Shown here piece by piece: positions 21,388-31,569 of a DNA stretch of 64,000 bases. Position 1 is the first letter of the stretch. The number at the start of each line of letters is the position of its first letter. The stretch covers positions 1,056,001 to 1,120,000 of the forward strand of contig OZ219918.1 in assembly GCA_964291415.2 (NCBI GenBank). Reading direction: 5' to 3'. A program made the position numbers and the translations under genes. The notes under the pieces were generated by a model. That model ran no database searches. It was given only the letters and a program-made list of their open reading frames with translations, and had not been told where the DNA came from. Origin of the DNA: Alphaproteobacteria bacterium. GTDB taxonomy: Bacteria; Pseudomonadota; Alphaproteobacteria; SP197.

Positions 21388-23355
21388 TCAGGCGCCGATC
21401 GCCATGCCGGCCTTCAGCCCGTCGAGCACCGCCTCCTCAGCCGTGCGCGGCGAGAGCGCATCGCCAATCACATGCACCTCTCCCGGCCACCCGGCCAGTT
21501 CACCGGCAAGCGCCGCATCGCTCGACGTACCCTGGCACAACACCAGAGTCTCGACCTCGTCGCAGATGATCGGGTCGTCGGTGACCGTATGCTGCAGGTA
21601 GACGGTATCGCGGTCGGCGCCGAACAGCCGGGCGTAGGGGATGATCTCGACGCCAAGCCTGGAAATCTGGCCGATCCAGTGGTCGCGCACCGCTTCCTGG
21701 ATGTTCTGGCCCGGCACCATTCCGGTGACTGCCAGGCGCACGCGGCAGCCGTCCCGCGCCAGCTTCTCGGCCAGACCCAGACCGATCCAGTCGTTCTTCC
21801 AGTCCGCGACCAGCACGGAACCGCCGACATTGGCCTCTCCCCGGATGACCGACCAGGATTCGACCACATGGGCTTCGTCCTCGCCCTCGACCGCGGGCCG
21901 GTAGGGCTGCCCGCCTGTGGCGACGACTGCGGCGTCGGGGCCGGCCTTGCGTATCGTGTCTGCCGTGACAGCAACGCCGAGCGCGACTCGCGCTCCCGCC
22001 AGCTCCATCTCGCGGGCAAGATTGGTCACGATGCCGCCAAATTCGGCGCGTCCGGGAAGTGACTGGGCCAGCAGGGCCTGCCCGCCGAGCCTGCCGGACC
22101 GTTCGTAGAGGGTCACGTCGTGGCCGCGCTCGGCGAGCACCGCGGCGGCCTTCATGCCGGCCGGACCGCCGCCCACGACCCAGACGGTCCGGCGCCGGCG
22201 TGCGGGTGTCTTGACGTGGCCGAACGCGAGTTCGCGACCGGTCTCGGGGTGCTGGATGCAGGAGACGGCGTGATACTGCAACCGATGGCCAATGCACGCC
22301 TGATTGCAGGCAATGCAGCTGCGGATGTCGTCGACTCGTCCGGCCTCGGCTTTCGCGGCGAACGCTGGATCGGCGATCATGCCACGCACCAGGCCGACCA
22401 TGTCGGCCTGGCCGCGGGCGACAATGTCCTCGGCGAGATGGGGCTGGTTGATTCGTCCGGCGACGAGCACCGGAAGCGACAGATGCTGCCTCAGCGCTCC
22501 TGCGCAGGCTGCGACGTGCCCGGGCTCGATCGCCATGGGCGGGACGACATCGACCCAGCCTCGCGCGGTCCGTGTGTTGCCGCCGATGACGTTGACATAG
22601 TCGACGAGGCCCCGGTCCTCCAGGGTCTGGCAGATCTCCAGCACCTCGCCGGACTCCATGGCGCCGGGCGTGGCGTCCGCGTCGCTGATCCTGACACCGA
22701 GTATCGGGTCGCGGCCGATGCTGGCCCGGGCGGCCTCGAGGATCTCGACAAGGAACCGCATGCGATTCTCGAGACTTCCACCGTAGGCGTCGTCGCGCCG
22801 GTTGATCCGGGGATTGAGAAACTGGGCGATCAGATAGCCCATGCTCGCCAGAATCTCGACGCCGTCGAGACCTCCCTCGACGATGTGGCCGGCGGCCCGC
22901 GCATAGGAGTCGGCCAGTTCGGCGAGCAGGGCCGGTGTCGCCGGTGTCGGCATGAGACTGTAGCGTTCGAACGGCACCGCAGACGACGAGATCGCCGGAC
23001 GGCGCGCACCGTCCAGCGTGGCCCTGATGGCTGCCCCCGGGTGAAAGAGCTGACCCAGGATCGCGCAGCCGTGGCCGTGGACGGCGTCTGCCAGGCGCCG
23101 GAAGCCCGGCACGATGCCCGGCTCACCTGCCAGCAGGTACCCGGCGGCGAGATCGAAGCTGGGATGCATCGACATGCCTTCGGCAATGATCATGCCGGCG
23201 CCGCCCCGGGCGCGCGCCTCGTGATAGGCGATGAGGGCGTCCGAGACCCGGCCCCGGTCGCCGAGCGACGTGCCATGGGCCGGAAAGAACAGCCGATTCC
23301 GGATCCGGTGGCCTCGAATCTCGATCGGCTGGAACAGATGCGGGAAGACCGACAT
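21388..23355 (-). CDS. NADH:flavin oxidoreductase (OYE TIM barrel + 4Fe-4S + FAD domain; TMADH/FadH-like architecture)
   Basis: IRNRLFFPAH, QLFHPG, NRRDDAYGGSLENRMRF, CIACNQAC...C, VVGGGPAG. Confidence 0.9.
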   Translation of the reverse strand: MSVFPHLFQPIEIRGHRIRNRLFFPAHGTSLGDRGRVSDALIAYHEARARGGAGMIIAEGMSMHPSFDLAAGYLLAGEPGIVPGFRRLADAVHGHGCAILGQLFHPGAAIRATLDGARRPAISSSAVPFERYSLMPTPATPALLAELADSYARAAGHIVEGGLDGVEILASMGYLIAQFLNPRINRRDDAYGGSLENRMRFLVEILEAARASIGRDPILGVRISDADATPGAMESGEVLEICQTLEDRGLVDYVNVIGGNTRTARGWVDVVPPMAIEPGHVAACAGALRQHLSLPVLVAGRINQPHLAEDIVARGQADMVGLVRGMIADPAFAAKAEAGRVDDIRSCIACNQACIGHRLQYHAVSCIQHPETGRELAFGHVKTPARRRRTVWVVGGGPAGMKAAAVLAERGHDVTLYERSGRLGGQALLAQSLPGRAEFGGIVTNLAREMELAGARVALGVAVTADTIRKAGPDAAVVATGGQPYRPAVEGEDEAHVVESWSVIRGEANVGGSVLVADWKNDWIGLGLAEKLARDGCRVRLAVTGMVPGQNIQEAVRDHWIGQISRLGVEIIPYARLFGADRDTVYLQHTVTDDPIICDEVETLVLCQGTSSDAALAGELAGWPGEVHVIGDALSPRTAEEAVLDGLKAGMAIGA

Positions 23356-23464
23356 GGCCGATGTCCGTGACGTTCGGGCCGTGAAGTTGACGGAATGAGG
23401 CTTGATGCCACGATCCATGCCTGTTGTACACTCGCCGGTGAACTCGAATCCTGGATGCCCCGCC

Positions 23465-24628
23465 ATGGGTCACCGAGTTGTCAATCAATGCTCGGCCTGG
23501 AGCGATGTGGAAGCGATTGCGGGCGCGAACGCCCTGGACGCCCTGGATGGGCCGGTCGAGAAGGCGTCGGCACTGCCCAATGTCTGCTACACGAGCGCGG
23601 CGTGGCAGAAGCTCGAGTTCGAGCGCCTCTTCGCCCGAAGCTGGTTTGTCGCAGGCTTCCTCCATGATGTGCCGGAGCCTGGTGACGCCATGCCGGTCAA
23701 GGCTTTCGGGATGCCGTTGCTCGTGTTGCGCGACCTGGGTGGCGTGGTCCGCGTCTTCCATAACGTCTGCCGCTACCGGCGCACGGTTCTGGTGACCGGG
23801 AAGTGCTCGGGGCTCCGGGAATTCACGAGTCCCTGTCGCGGCTGGACCTACGATCTTGACGGTTCGCTGAGGCGCGGCCCGTCCCTTGATGGCGGCGGCC
23901 CTCACGACGACCCGCCCGGCCTCGTGCCGGTCCGTTCGGACGTGTGGCAGCACTGGATCTTCGTCAACCTCGATGGCAAGGCGCAGTCCCTGGAAGACTA
24001 TCTGGCACCGGCGGCAGACCTCGTCCGGGGCTACGATCTTGGGGCAGCGCGCCACGCAGGGACGGTGCATTTCGAGGTTGCGGCCAACTGGAAGCTGGCG
24101 CTGGAGAACTACATCGAGCCTTACCACGTCTTCGCGGCCCATCCGAGGCTGCATGACTTCGTTCCGATGTCGGAACGGATGCCGAGCCGAATCGACCGCC
24201 ACGTGATGTGGAACCGCTATCTCTTCAGGGCCTCGGAGCCTGGACGGGGCGAAGGGCTGCCCTACTTCCCGAACCTGTCACCCGAGGCCGCCCGCCAGGG
24301 CGTCTGGTTCATCCTCCCCACGGCCTTTGGCGTCGAGGTCTATCCGGATCACGTGGCGAGCTTTCATGTCGCGCCGGTCGCACCGGACCGATGCCGAGAG
24401 CGCATCGACGTCTACCTCGTCGGCGAGGCTGCCACCTCGACGGACTGGGCCGAGGGACGTCAGGCCGTGCTCGACATGTGGAACGAACTCAACCACGAGG
24501 ACATAAGCCTCATCGAGAGCATGCAGAGGGGCCGGATGTCGCCGACCTACGATGGCGGCAGCCTGTCGACCTACTGGGACGAAGCTCCCCTCCATCTCAG
24601 TCGCATGGTCGTTGAGGGCATGCGCTGA
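23465..24628 (+). CDS. Rieske oxygenase alpha-subunit homolog (choline monooxygenase-like) with degenerate Rieske motif
   Basis: ALP..CYTS, LFARSW, VRVFHNVC, NWKLALENYIEPYHVFAAH, EDISLIESMQRG; CRY and SPCR in place of CxH and CxxH. Confidence 0.85.
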   Translation: MGHRVVNQCSAWSDVEAIAGANALDALDGPVEKASALPNVCYTSAAWQKLEFERLFARSWFVAGFLHDVPEPGDAMPVKAFGMPLLVLRDLGGVVRVFHNVCRYRRTVLVTGKCSGLREFTSPCRGWTYDLDGSLRRGPSLDGGGPHDDPPGLVPVRSDVWQHWIFVNLDGKAQSLEDYLAPAADLVRGYDLGAARHAGTVHFEVAANWKLALENYIEPYHVFAAHPRLHDFVPMSERMPSRIDRHVMWNRYLFRASEPGRGEGLPYFPNLSPEAARQGVWFILPTAFGVEVYPDHVASFHVAPVAPDRCRERIDVYLVGEAATSTDWAEGRQAVLDMWNELNHEDISLIESMQRGRMSPTYDGGSLSTYWDEAPLHLSRMVVEGMR

Positions 24629-24952
24629 GCCTCATCACTCCTTGCCGCCGCCAGGGGGTTCGGGTATCGAATGACGCTTGGGATCGACTCCGAAGACCCG
24701 GGACAGGGTTTTCGATGCGCCGCCAGCCTCGAAACCCTCTGCCGCCCGACGCGGACGGGTATCGGTCGCAATGATCGGGACGACGGGTATGATTGATGCC
24801 GCCCTGGTGGAGCAGGCTCAGTCTTGCGGGGCCAGCGGCACGGGGTGCGCATAGCCGGTCGAAACGGACGTCGCATTCGGGTGGCCGAGGCGTCCCCGTC
24901 ACCGGACGAACCCGATCGCAACGCGGTCATCCGGGCCCGACAAGGGGGGAAC

Positions 24953-26584
24953 ATGCGAGTCAGCAAACTGAGAACCAGTGTCATCACCCTGGCTGCTGTC
25001 GTTTTGTCAGGCAGCTTCACCCAGGTCTGGAGCGCCGAGTCCCACCCGGTCACGGGCGAAGAGTTGTCGGACGACCAGACCTTCACCTATCGCCTGCTCG
25101 ACCAGTTTCCGACCCTCGACCCGCAACTCAACCAGGACGTGTCGGGCTTTCACGTGATTCGCGATCTCTTCGAAGGTCTCCTGAGCCAGGATGCCGAAGG
25201 CAATCTCGTGCCCGGGGTGGCGACAGGGTTCACGGCGTCGGACAACAACACGACCTACACGTTCACCCTGCGCCCGAATGCCAGGTGGTCGAACGGCGAT
25301 CCGGTGACGGCCCATGACTTCGTCTATGCATGGAGACGGGCGGTTGATCCCGTCACCGCCTCTCCCTACGGCTGGTACCTTGAACTGACCCAGATCGTGA
25401 ACGCTGCGGATATCCTGGCTGGCGAGAAGGAACCGGCCGAACTTGGCGTGCGCGCCGTGGACGATCACACCCTTGAGGTGAGGCTGTTCGCGCCGCTGCC
25501 CTACTTTCCGGCCATGACGACCTATGCGACGCTGTTCCCGGCGCACCGCGCGACCATCGAGGCTCATGGCGCCAAGTGGACGGCGCCCGGGAACCTGGTC
25601 TCCAACGGTGCCTATGTTCTCAGCGAACTGGTGCTGAACGAGTACCACAGGCGCGTGAAGAACCCGCAGTACTGGGGTGCCGACGCCGTGATCATCGAGG
25701 AGGTGACAGGCCTCGTCATCAACGACGACAACCAGGCCCTGACCCGCTATCGCGCCGGTGAACTTGACCACCTCCAGCCCCTGCCCGCCGGACAGTATCC
25801 GGCGCTCAAGGAAGAAATGCCCGATGAGGCGACCAGTGTTCCGCGCCTGTGTTCCTACTACTACGCCATCAACCACTCACAGAGCGGCCATCCGGCGTTG
25901 CAGGACGTGCGCGTGCGCAGGGCGCTCAGCATGGCCATCGACCGCAACGTGATTGTCGAACGGCTCCTGAAGGGTGGCCAATGGCCGGCCTACAACTTCA
26001 CGCATCTCAAGACTGCGGGCTTCGAGATGCCCGAGATTGCCTATGCGTTGCTCGATCAGGCCGAGCGAGACGACGAGGCCAAGCGCCTCATGGCGGCTTC
26101 CGGCATCGAGGACCTGACGCTCAGGCTGATCTACAACACCTCCGAAAGCCACAAACAGATTGCCACTGTCATCAGCCAGATGTGGAAGCAGAAACTCGGC
26201 GTGACGACTGAACTGGCCAACTTCGAGTGGAAGACCTACCTCAACATCATGGACAATCAGGAGTTCGATCTGGCCCGTTCAGGCTGGTGCGGCGACTACA
26301 ACGAGGCATCGACCTTTCTCGACCTGCTCACCACGACCCACGGCGCAAATCGGGGCAAGTACTCGAATCCTGAAGTCGACGAACTCATGAATGCCTCGAA
26401 GACCGTCGCAGATCCGGGCGCGATCTACGCCAAGGTCGAACAGATCCTTGCCGAGGACATGGCCATCATTCCGATCTATCACTATGCCAACACGTTCCTG
26501 CTCTCCAGCGACATGCGGGGCTGGCCCTATGACAACGTCGAAAACAACTGGTACTCGAAGAACCTCTATCGTGTAGCGGACTGA
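24953..26584 (+). CDS. oppA: oligopeptide ABC transporter substrate-binding protein
   Basis: Signal peptide, TLDPQ, DLFEGL, YTFTLR..ARWSNGDPVTAHDF, WCGDYNEASTFL. Confidence 0.92.
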   Translation: MRVSKLRTSVITLAAVVLSGSFTQVWSAESHPVTGEELSDDQTFTYRLLDQFPTLDPQLNQDVSGFHVIRDLFEGLLSQDAEGNLVPGVATGFTASDNNTTYTFTLRPNARWSNGDPVTAHDFVYAWRRAVDPVTASPYGWYLELTQIVNAADILAGEKEPAELGVRAVDDHTLEVRLFAPLPYFPAMTTYATLFPAHRATIEAHGAKWTAPGNLVSNGAYVLSELVLNEYHRRVKNPQYWGADAVIIEEVTGLVINDDNQALTRYRAGELDHLQPLPAGQYPALKEEMPDEATSVPRLCSYYYAINHSQSGHPALQDVRVRRALSMAIDRNVIVERLLKGGQWPAYNFTHLKTAGFEMPEIAYALLDQAERDDEAKRLMAASGIEDLTLRLIYNTSESHKQIATVISQMWKQKLGVTTELANFEWKTYLNIMDNQEFDLARSGWCGDYNEASTFLDLLTTTHGANRGKYSNPEVDELMNASKTVADPGAIYAKVEQILAEDMAIIPIYHYANTFLLSSDMRGWPYDNVENNWYSKNLYRVAD

Positions 26585-26612
26585 TCGAAGGCCCTAACGT
26601 CCGGATCGCCGG

Positions 26613-27536
26613 ATGATCTACTACATCGCCAGGCGTCTTGCGGTTGCCGTGCCGACGCTCCTCATTCTCATCATCGTCTCCTATGTCCTGATGTACACTG
26701 CGCCGGGTGGGCCGTTCGACACCGAGCGCACGCTGCCGCCCGAGGTCATGGCCAACCTCCAGCACAAGTACGGACTCGATCAGCCGCTCGTCGTGCAGAT
26801 CTGGCGGTATGTCGTCTCCATCGTCACGGAATTCGATTTCGGGCCGTCGTTCCAGTACACGGACCAGACCGTCAATGACATCATTCGCCAGGGATTCCCG
26901 GTGACGCTGACCTACGGGGCGTGGTCGTTCCTGGTGGCCGTCCTGGCGGGCGTCTCGTTGGGAATCGCGGCGGCCGTCTGTCACAACACCATTCTCGACT
27001 ACCTCTGCGTCGGAGTTTCCGTCGGCGCCCAGGTCCTGCCGAACTTCGTTCTCGCGCCGGTTCTGACCCTGCTCTTCACGCTGTGGCTGGCCTGGCTTCC
27101 CGGCGGAGGCTGGCAGGGAGGGCACTGGCCCTACGTCGTCATGCCGGTCATCGCACTCTCGACGTCGTTCATGGCCTCGATCGCCCGCATGACCCGATCA
27201 TCCATGCTGGAGGCGCTGAACGCCGACTTCATCCGCACGGCCCGGGCCAAGGGACTGCCGATGCGCCGCATCGTGATCCGTCATGCGCTCAAACCCACCA
27301 TGTTGCCGGTGATCTCCTATCTCGGGCCGACGTTTGTCGGCATGATCACCGGCTCCGTGGTGATCGATGTCTTCTTCGCGACCGGTGGAATCGGCCAGTT
27401 TTTCGTCAACTCGGCGCTGAACCGCGACTATCCGGTGATCATGGGGATCACCATCCTGGCAGGCGCCCTCACCATTGCCTTCAACCTCGTGGTCGACCTG
27501 CTCTACGCCTGGTTGGACCCCCGCATCCGGTACTGA
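26613..27536 (+). CDS. oppB: oligopeptide ABC transporter permease
   Basis: APGGPF, YGLDQP, DFIRTARAKGL, NRDYP, LDPRIRY. Confidence 0.93.
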   Translation: MIYYIARRLAVAVPTLLILIIVSYVLMYTAPGGPFDTERTLPPEVMANLQHKYGLDQPLVVQIWRYVVSIVTEFDFGPSFQYTDQTVNDIIRQGFPVTLTYGAWSFLVAVLAGVSLGIAAAVCHNTILDYLCVGVSVGAQVLPNFVLAPVLTLLFTLWLAWLPGGGWQGGHWPYVVMPVIALSTSFMASIARMTRSSMLEALNADFIRTARAKGLPMRRIVIRHALKPTMLPVISYLGPTFVGMITGSVVIDVFFATGGIGQFFVNSALNRDYPVIMGITILAGALTIAFNLVVDLLYAWLDPRIRY

Positions 27537-27537
27537 C

Positions 27538-28473
27538 GTGTCGCCGTTTCTCTTCGGCCGCCGCACCATCCGGACCCTGGCCGCGACCGGCGCACCGGAT
27601 ACATCCGGCGGCCGCTCGCTCTGGCAGGACGCCCGTGGCCGCTTTGTCCGCAACCGTGCGGCCATGGCGAGTCTGGCGGTCCTGTGCGTCCTTGTCCTCT
27701 TTGTGCTCTTCGGCGATGTCCTCGCGGCCTGGTCCAACGAAGAGATCGACTGGGCCATGCTCGGCAACGTCGCGCAGCAGGGGGGACCCTCGTTTGCGAA
27801 CGGCCACTACTTCGGGGTGGACGAACTGGGCCGCGACCTCTATGCGCGCACGGTGCAGGGGACCGGGATATCGCTGATGGTCGGCGTCCTGGGAGCACTG
27901 GTCTCGATGGTGGTCGGCACCCTTTACGGAGCCATTGCGGGATATCTCGGCGGCGCGGTCGACAACGTGATGATGCGCATTGTCGATGTCCTGATGGCCA
28001 TTCCCTACATGTTCGTGCTGATCGTGTTCATGGTCGTGTTCGGCCGCTCGATCCTCATGCTGTTCGTCGGCATCGGCCTCATCAGCTGGCTCGACATGGC
28101 GCGAATCGCGCGGGGTCAGACGCTGTCCATCAAGAACCGGGACTTTGTCGAAGCCGCCGTCGCGATCGGCGTCAGACCGGGGAGGATCATCCTGCGCCAC
28201 ATCATCCCCAATCTTCTGGGCGTGGTCGTGGTCTATGCGACACTTCTCGTGCCGTCGATGATCATCTACGAGAGTTTCATCAGTTTTCTCGGTCTTGGCG
28301 TGCAGGAACCCGCTACCAGCCTGGGCGCGCTCATCAGCGACGGTGCGAGCCAGATGCAGTACGGCACGCTCTGGCAGCTCCTGTTTCCGCTCTCCTTCTT
28401 TGTCACCACGCTGTTCGCATTCTTCTTCGTGGGCGACGGGCTGCGCGATGCGCTCGATCCCAGGGATCGGTGA
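27538..28473 (+). CDS. oppC: oligopeptide ABC transporter permease
   Basis: GRSLWQDA, FGVDELGRD, RGQTLS..DFVEAA, GDGLRDALDP. Confidence 0.92.
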   Translation: MSPFLFGRRTIRTLAATGAPDTSGGRSLWQDARGRFVRNRAAMASLAVLCVLVLFVLFGDVLAAWSNEEIDWAMLGNVAQQGGPSFANGHYFGVDELGRDLYARTVQGTGISLMVGVLGALVSMVVGTLYGAIAGYLGGAVDNVMMRIVDVLMAIPYMFVLIVFMVVFGRSILMLFVGIGLISWLDMARIARGQTLSIKNRDFVEAAVAIGVRPGRIILRHIIPNLLGVVVVYATLLVPSMIIYESFISFLGLGVQEPATSLGALISDGASQMQYGTLWQLLFPLSFFVTTLFAFFFVGDGLRDALDPRDR

Positions 28474-28476
28474 ACC

Positions 28477-29445
28477 ATGACCCTGCTTCAGGTTCGTGAT
28501 CTCAGCGTCTCCTTCCAGACAGGCGACGGCACGGTCGACGCCGTGAACGGAGTCGACCTCGCGGTCGCGGCCGGACAGGCGATTGCCGTGGTCGGCGAGA
28601 GCGGTTCGGGCAAGAGCCAGATCATGCTCGCCGTCATGGGTCTCCTGGCGCGGAACGGAACGGCGTCGGGCTCGATCAAGTTTGACGGCACCGAACTGCT
28701 CGGTCTCGACGAGCGTGCGTTCAACCGGATTCGCGCGCGCGAGCTCGCGATGATCTTTCAGGATCCGATGACGGCGCTCAATCCCTACATGAGAATCTCG
28801 CACCAGATGACCGAGGTGCTGACACTGCACAAGGGCATGAGTCATGGCGCGGCGCTCGGCGAAGCGGTCCGCCTGCTCGAAGCCATGGAAGTGCCCGAGG
28901 CCCGCACCCGCATCACCATGTATCCACACGAGTTCTCCGGTGGCATGCGCCAGCGGGTGCTGATCGCCATGTCGCTGCTCTGCCGTCCTCGCCTGCTGAT
29001 TGCGGACGAGCCCACCACGGCGCTCGATGCCACGGTCCGCGGCCAGATCATGCACCTTCTCGGGAACGTGAAGTCCATGTTCGACACGGCCGTCATTCTC
29101 GTCACTCACGATGCCGGCATCGTCGCCGGACACTGTGACGAGATGGTCGTGCTCTACGGTGGCCAGGTGATGGAAAGCGGTCCGGTGGCCGAGACCTTCG
29201 CCGCACCGCTTCACCCCTATACGCGCGGTCTGCTGGACGCCGTGCCGCGGCTCGACCGTGACGACGAAAGGTTGCGTGCCATTCCCGGGGATCCGCCGGG
29301 CATGCACCGAACTCCTGGCGGCTGTCCCTTTGCCGCGCGTTGTCCGCGGGCGGACGATCATTGTCATCATGTCAGGCCCCCGGACGTCAGTCATGTGCCG
29401 GGCCGGCGGGTGGCCTGCCACTGGCCCTTGCGCGGTGCGCGATGA
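28477..29445 (+). CDS. oppD: oligopeptide ABC transporter ATP-binding protein
   Basis: [26 protein letters not shown], Cys-rich C-terminus. Confidence 0.93.
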   Translation: MTLLQVRDLSVSFQTGDGTVDAVNGVDLAVAAGQAIAVVGESGSGKSQIMLAVMGLLARNGTASGSIKFDGTELLGLDERAFNRIRARELAMIFQDPMTALNPYMRISHQMTEVLTLHKGMSHGAALGEAVRLLEAMEVPEARTRITMYPHEFSGGMRQRVLIAMSLLCRPRLLIADEPTTALDATVRGQIMHLLGNVKSMFDTAVILVTHDAGIVAGHCDEMVVLYGGQVMESGPVAETFAAPLHPYTRGLLDAVPRLDRDDERLRAIPGDPPGMHRTPGGCPFAARCPRADDHCHHVRPPDVSHVPGRRVACHWPLRGAR

Positions 29446-30422
29446 ACGTGCCCCTTCTCTCGGTGCGGGATCTTTCGGTCACCTTTCGCGTGCGCCCCGG
29501 AGGAAGCCCCCCGTGGGCCCGGCCGAAGGAGCTACAGGCCGTGCGAGGCGTTGGTTTCGATCTTGCCCCGGCCGAGACGCTCGGTATCGTCGGCGAGAGC
29601 GGATCCGGCAAGTCCACCCTTGCCCGCTCCCTGATCGGGACGGTCCCCGCCACAGGGGGCAGGGCGCTCTGGCAAGGCAAGGACCTGCTGGCGCTGGATC
29701 CCGGGGAGCGCCGGCCCCTTCGTCGCGACATGCAGATGATCTTCCAGGACCCCTTGGGGGCGCTGGATCCCCGCATGACGGCTGGAGAGATCATCGCCGA
29801 ACCTCTCGTGACCCATGAAACAGACCTGTCGAGACTCGAGATCACGTCACGGGTGAAGGCGTTGCTCGAGCGGGTGGGCCTGCTGCCCGAGCACATCAAC
29901 CGCTACCCTCACGAGTTTTCCGGCGGCCAGTGCCAGCGCATCGGCATTGCGCGCGCCCTCATCGTTCAGCCGAAGCTCCTGATTTGCGACGAACCCGTCT
30001 CGGCGCTCGACGTCAGCGTGCAGGCCCAGATCGTCAACCTGCTTCGGGATCTGCAGCATGACCTCGGACTGTCGCTGATCTTCATCTCCCACGACCTCGC
30101 TGTGGTGAAGCACATCGCTGACCGGATCCTGGTGTTCTATCTCGGCCGGGTCATGGAGTATGGCGAGGCACGCGCCCTCGTTCACGATCCGCGCCATCCC
30201 TACACTCGGGCCCTGATCGCAGCGACGCCGGTCCCTGATCCCGCGGCCGAACGCGGACGCCCTTCGGCCGGCCTCGAGGGCGAGTTGCCGTCGCCCCTGT
30301 CGCCGCCATCGGGATGCGTGTTTCGCACCCGTTGTCCTCTTGCCCGTCAATCCTGCGCCGAGGCCGTCCCGGCGCTCGACGAACACGACGACGGTCGTTT
30401 CGTGGCCTGCCCCTTCGGCTGA
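29442..30422 (+). CDS. oppF: oligopeptide ABC transporter ATP-binding protein
   Basis: [35 protein letters not shown]; ATGA overlap with oppD. Confidence 0.93.
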   Translation: MNVPLLSVRDLSVTFRVRPGGSPPWARPKELQAVRGVGFDLAPAETLGIVGESGSGKSTLARSLIGTVPATGGRALWQGKDLLALDPGERRPLRRDMQMIFQDPLGALDPRMTAGEIIAEPLVTHETDLSRLEITSRVKALLERVGLLPEHINRYPHEFSGGQCQRIGIARALIVQPKLLICDEPVSALDVSVQAQIVNLLRDLQHDLGLSLIFISHDLAVVKHIADRILVFYLGRVMEYGEARALVHDPRHPYTRALIAATPVPDPAAERGRPSAGLEGELPSPLSPPSGCVFRTRCPLARQSCAEAVPALDEHDDGRFVACPFG

Positions 30423-30473
30423 GACGGAATCACGAGCGCAAGGCGCGACCTTGCACACGCGAGGCGCCAGACG

Positions 30474-31427
30474 TCAGGACTCCTCTCCCATCGCCCGCAG
30501 GAGACCCTTGACCACGGCCGTCGCGTTGTCGGCCGCCAGGCCCAGGAAGACCTCCAGCTGGTTCGCGCCTTCACCACCGCCGGCGAGATCCGAGAGGCTG
30601 CGCACGGCAATGAAGGGAATGTCGTTGGCATGAGCAACGTGGGCGACCGCAGCGCTCTCCATGTCCAGCACGCGTGCGCCGAAGGTCTGGAACGTCCAGG
30701 TGCGGAACGCGGCGTTGTCGACAAAGGCGCTGCCGGAAACTCCGGATCCGCCGATGACGATCCTGGGATTGTGCTCAAGGCACGAATCTGCCGCCGTGCA
30801 CCGGCTGAGTGCCACCCTGTCCGCCATGGAACGGGCCGCGGCAAGCAAACGGTCGTCCACCGCGAACCAGAAACGTGTTTCGGGATGCTCCATCCCGGAG
30901 CGGAGCACGGTGACCGAACGCGGGAACATCATGCCGAAGTGTCCGTACGGGTACTCGAAGAACGGCATCGTTGCCCAGCCGTCGTCCGTTTCACGCGCGA
31001 ACACCATCTCCAGATACTGACCCCAGCGATCCGTGATCACGACATCGCCGATGTTGAGGCCCGGATCCACGCCGCCGGCAATACCGGAGAACACCACATC
31101 CCGGATGGCGAAATGGTCAAACGCCAACTGCGTCGTCATCGCCGCGTTGACGACACTGATTCCGCTCAGGAAGAGCACGACTTCGTGCCCTTCCAGGGTG
31201 CCCGTGCTGAAGACGACACCGTTCACCGAGAACTCCGATGCGTCTTCCAGGTCGCGCTTCAGAATCGCCAGTTCCGGCGCGAAAGCCGAGATGATGGCGA
31301 TGCGCGGCGTGTCGTCCCCAATCGCGTGCGCGTCGGCCGGCCGTGGCTGAGCAACCGTGAGAAGCAGCAGGACGCCAAGACCGGCGATCAGGGTTCGGCC
31401 GGGAATGAAACGGCGTGTTGACATCAT
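30474..31427 (-). CDS. exported 5'-methylthioadenosine/SAH nucleosidase-like protein (PNP_UDP_1 fold)
   Basis: Signal peptide, ISAFAPE, SGISVVNAA, FSGIAGG, DMESAA, RSLSDLAG. Confidence 0.85.
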   Translation of the reverse strand: MMSTRRFIPGRTLIAGLGVLLLLTVAQPRPADAHAIGDDTPRIAIISAFAPELAILKRDLEDASEFSVNGVVFSTGTLEGHEVVLFLSGISVVNAAMTTQLAFDHFAIRDVVFSGIAGGVDPGLNIGDVVITDRWGQYLEMVFARETDDGWATMPFFEYPYGHFGMMFPRSVTVLRSGMEHPETRFWFAVDDRLLAAARSMADRVALSRCTAADSCLEHNPRIVIGGSGVSGSAFVDNAAFRTWTFQTFGARVLDMESAAVAHVAHANDIPFIAVRSLSDLAGGGEGANQLEVFLGLAADNATAVVKGLLRAMGEES

Positions 31428-31569
31428 TGCGTGTGTCCCCTGGCAGGAAAGTGGTCCGGGCCCAAAAAGGTGTTGTGACGCCGTCCGAGTCGGGTCTGTC
31501 CGCAATCTCACATGGATCGGCATGTTCGCTCCAGGGGGGCAGCCCGACGTCATCGGGAATGTGGACCGG

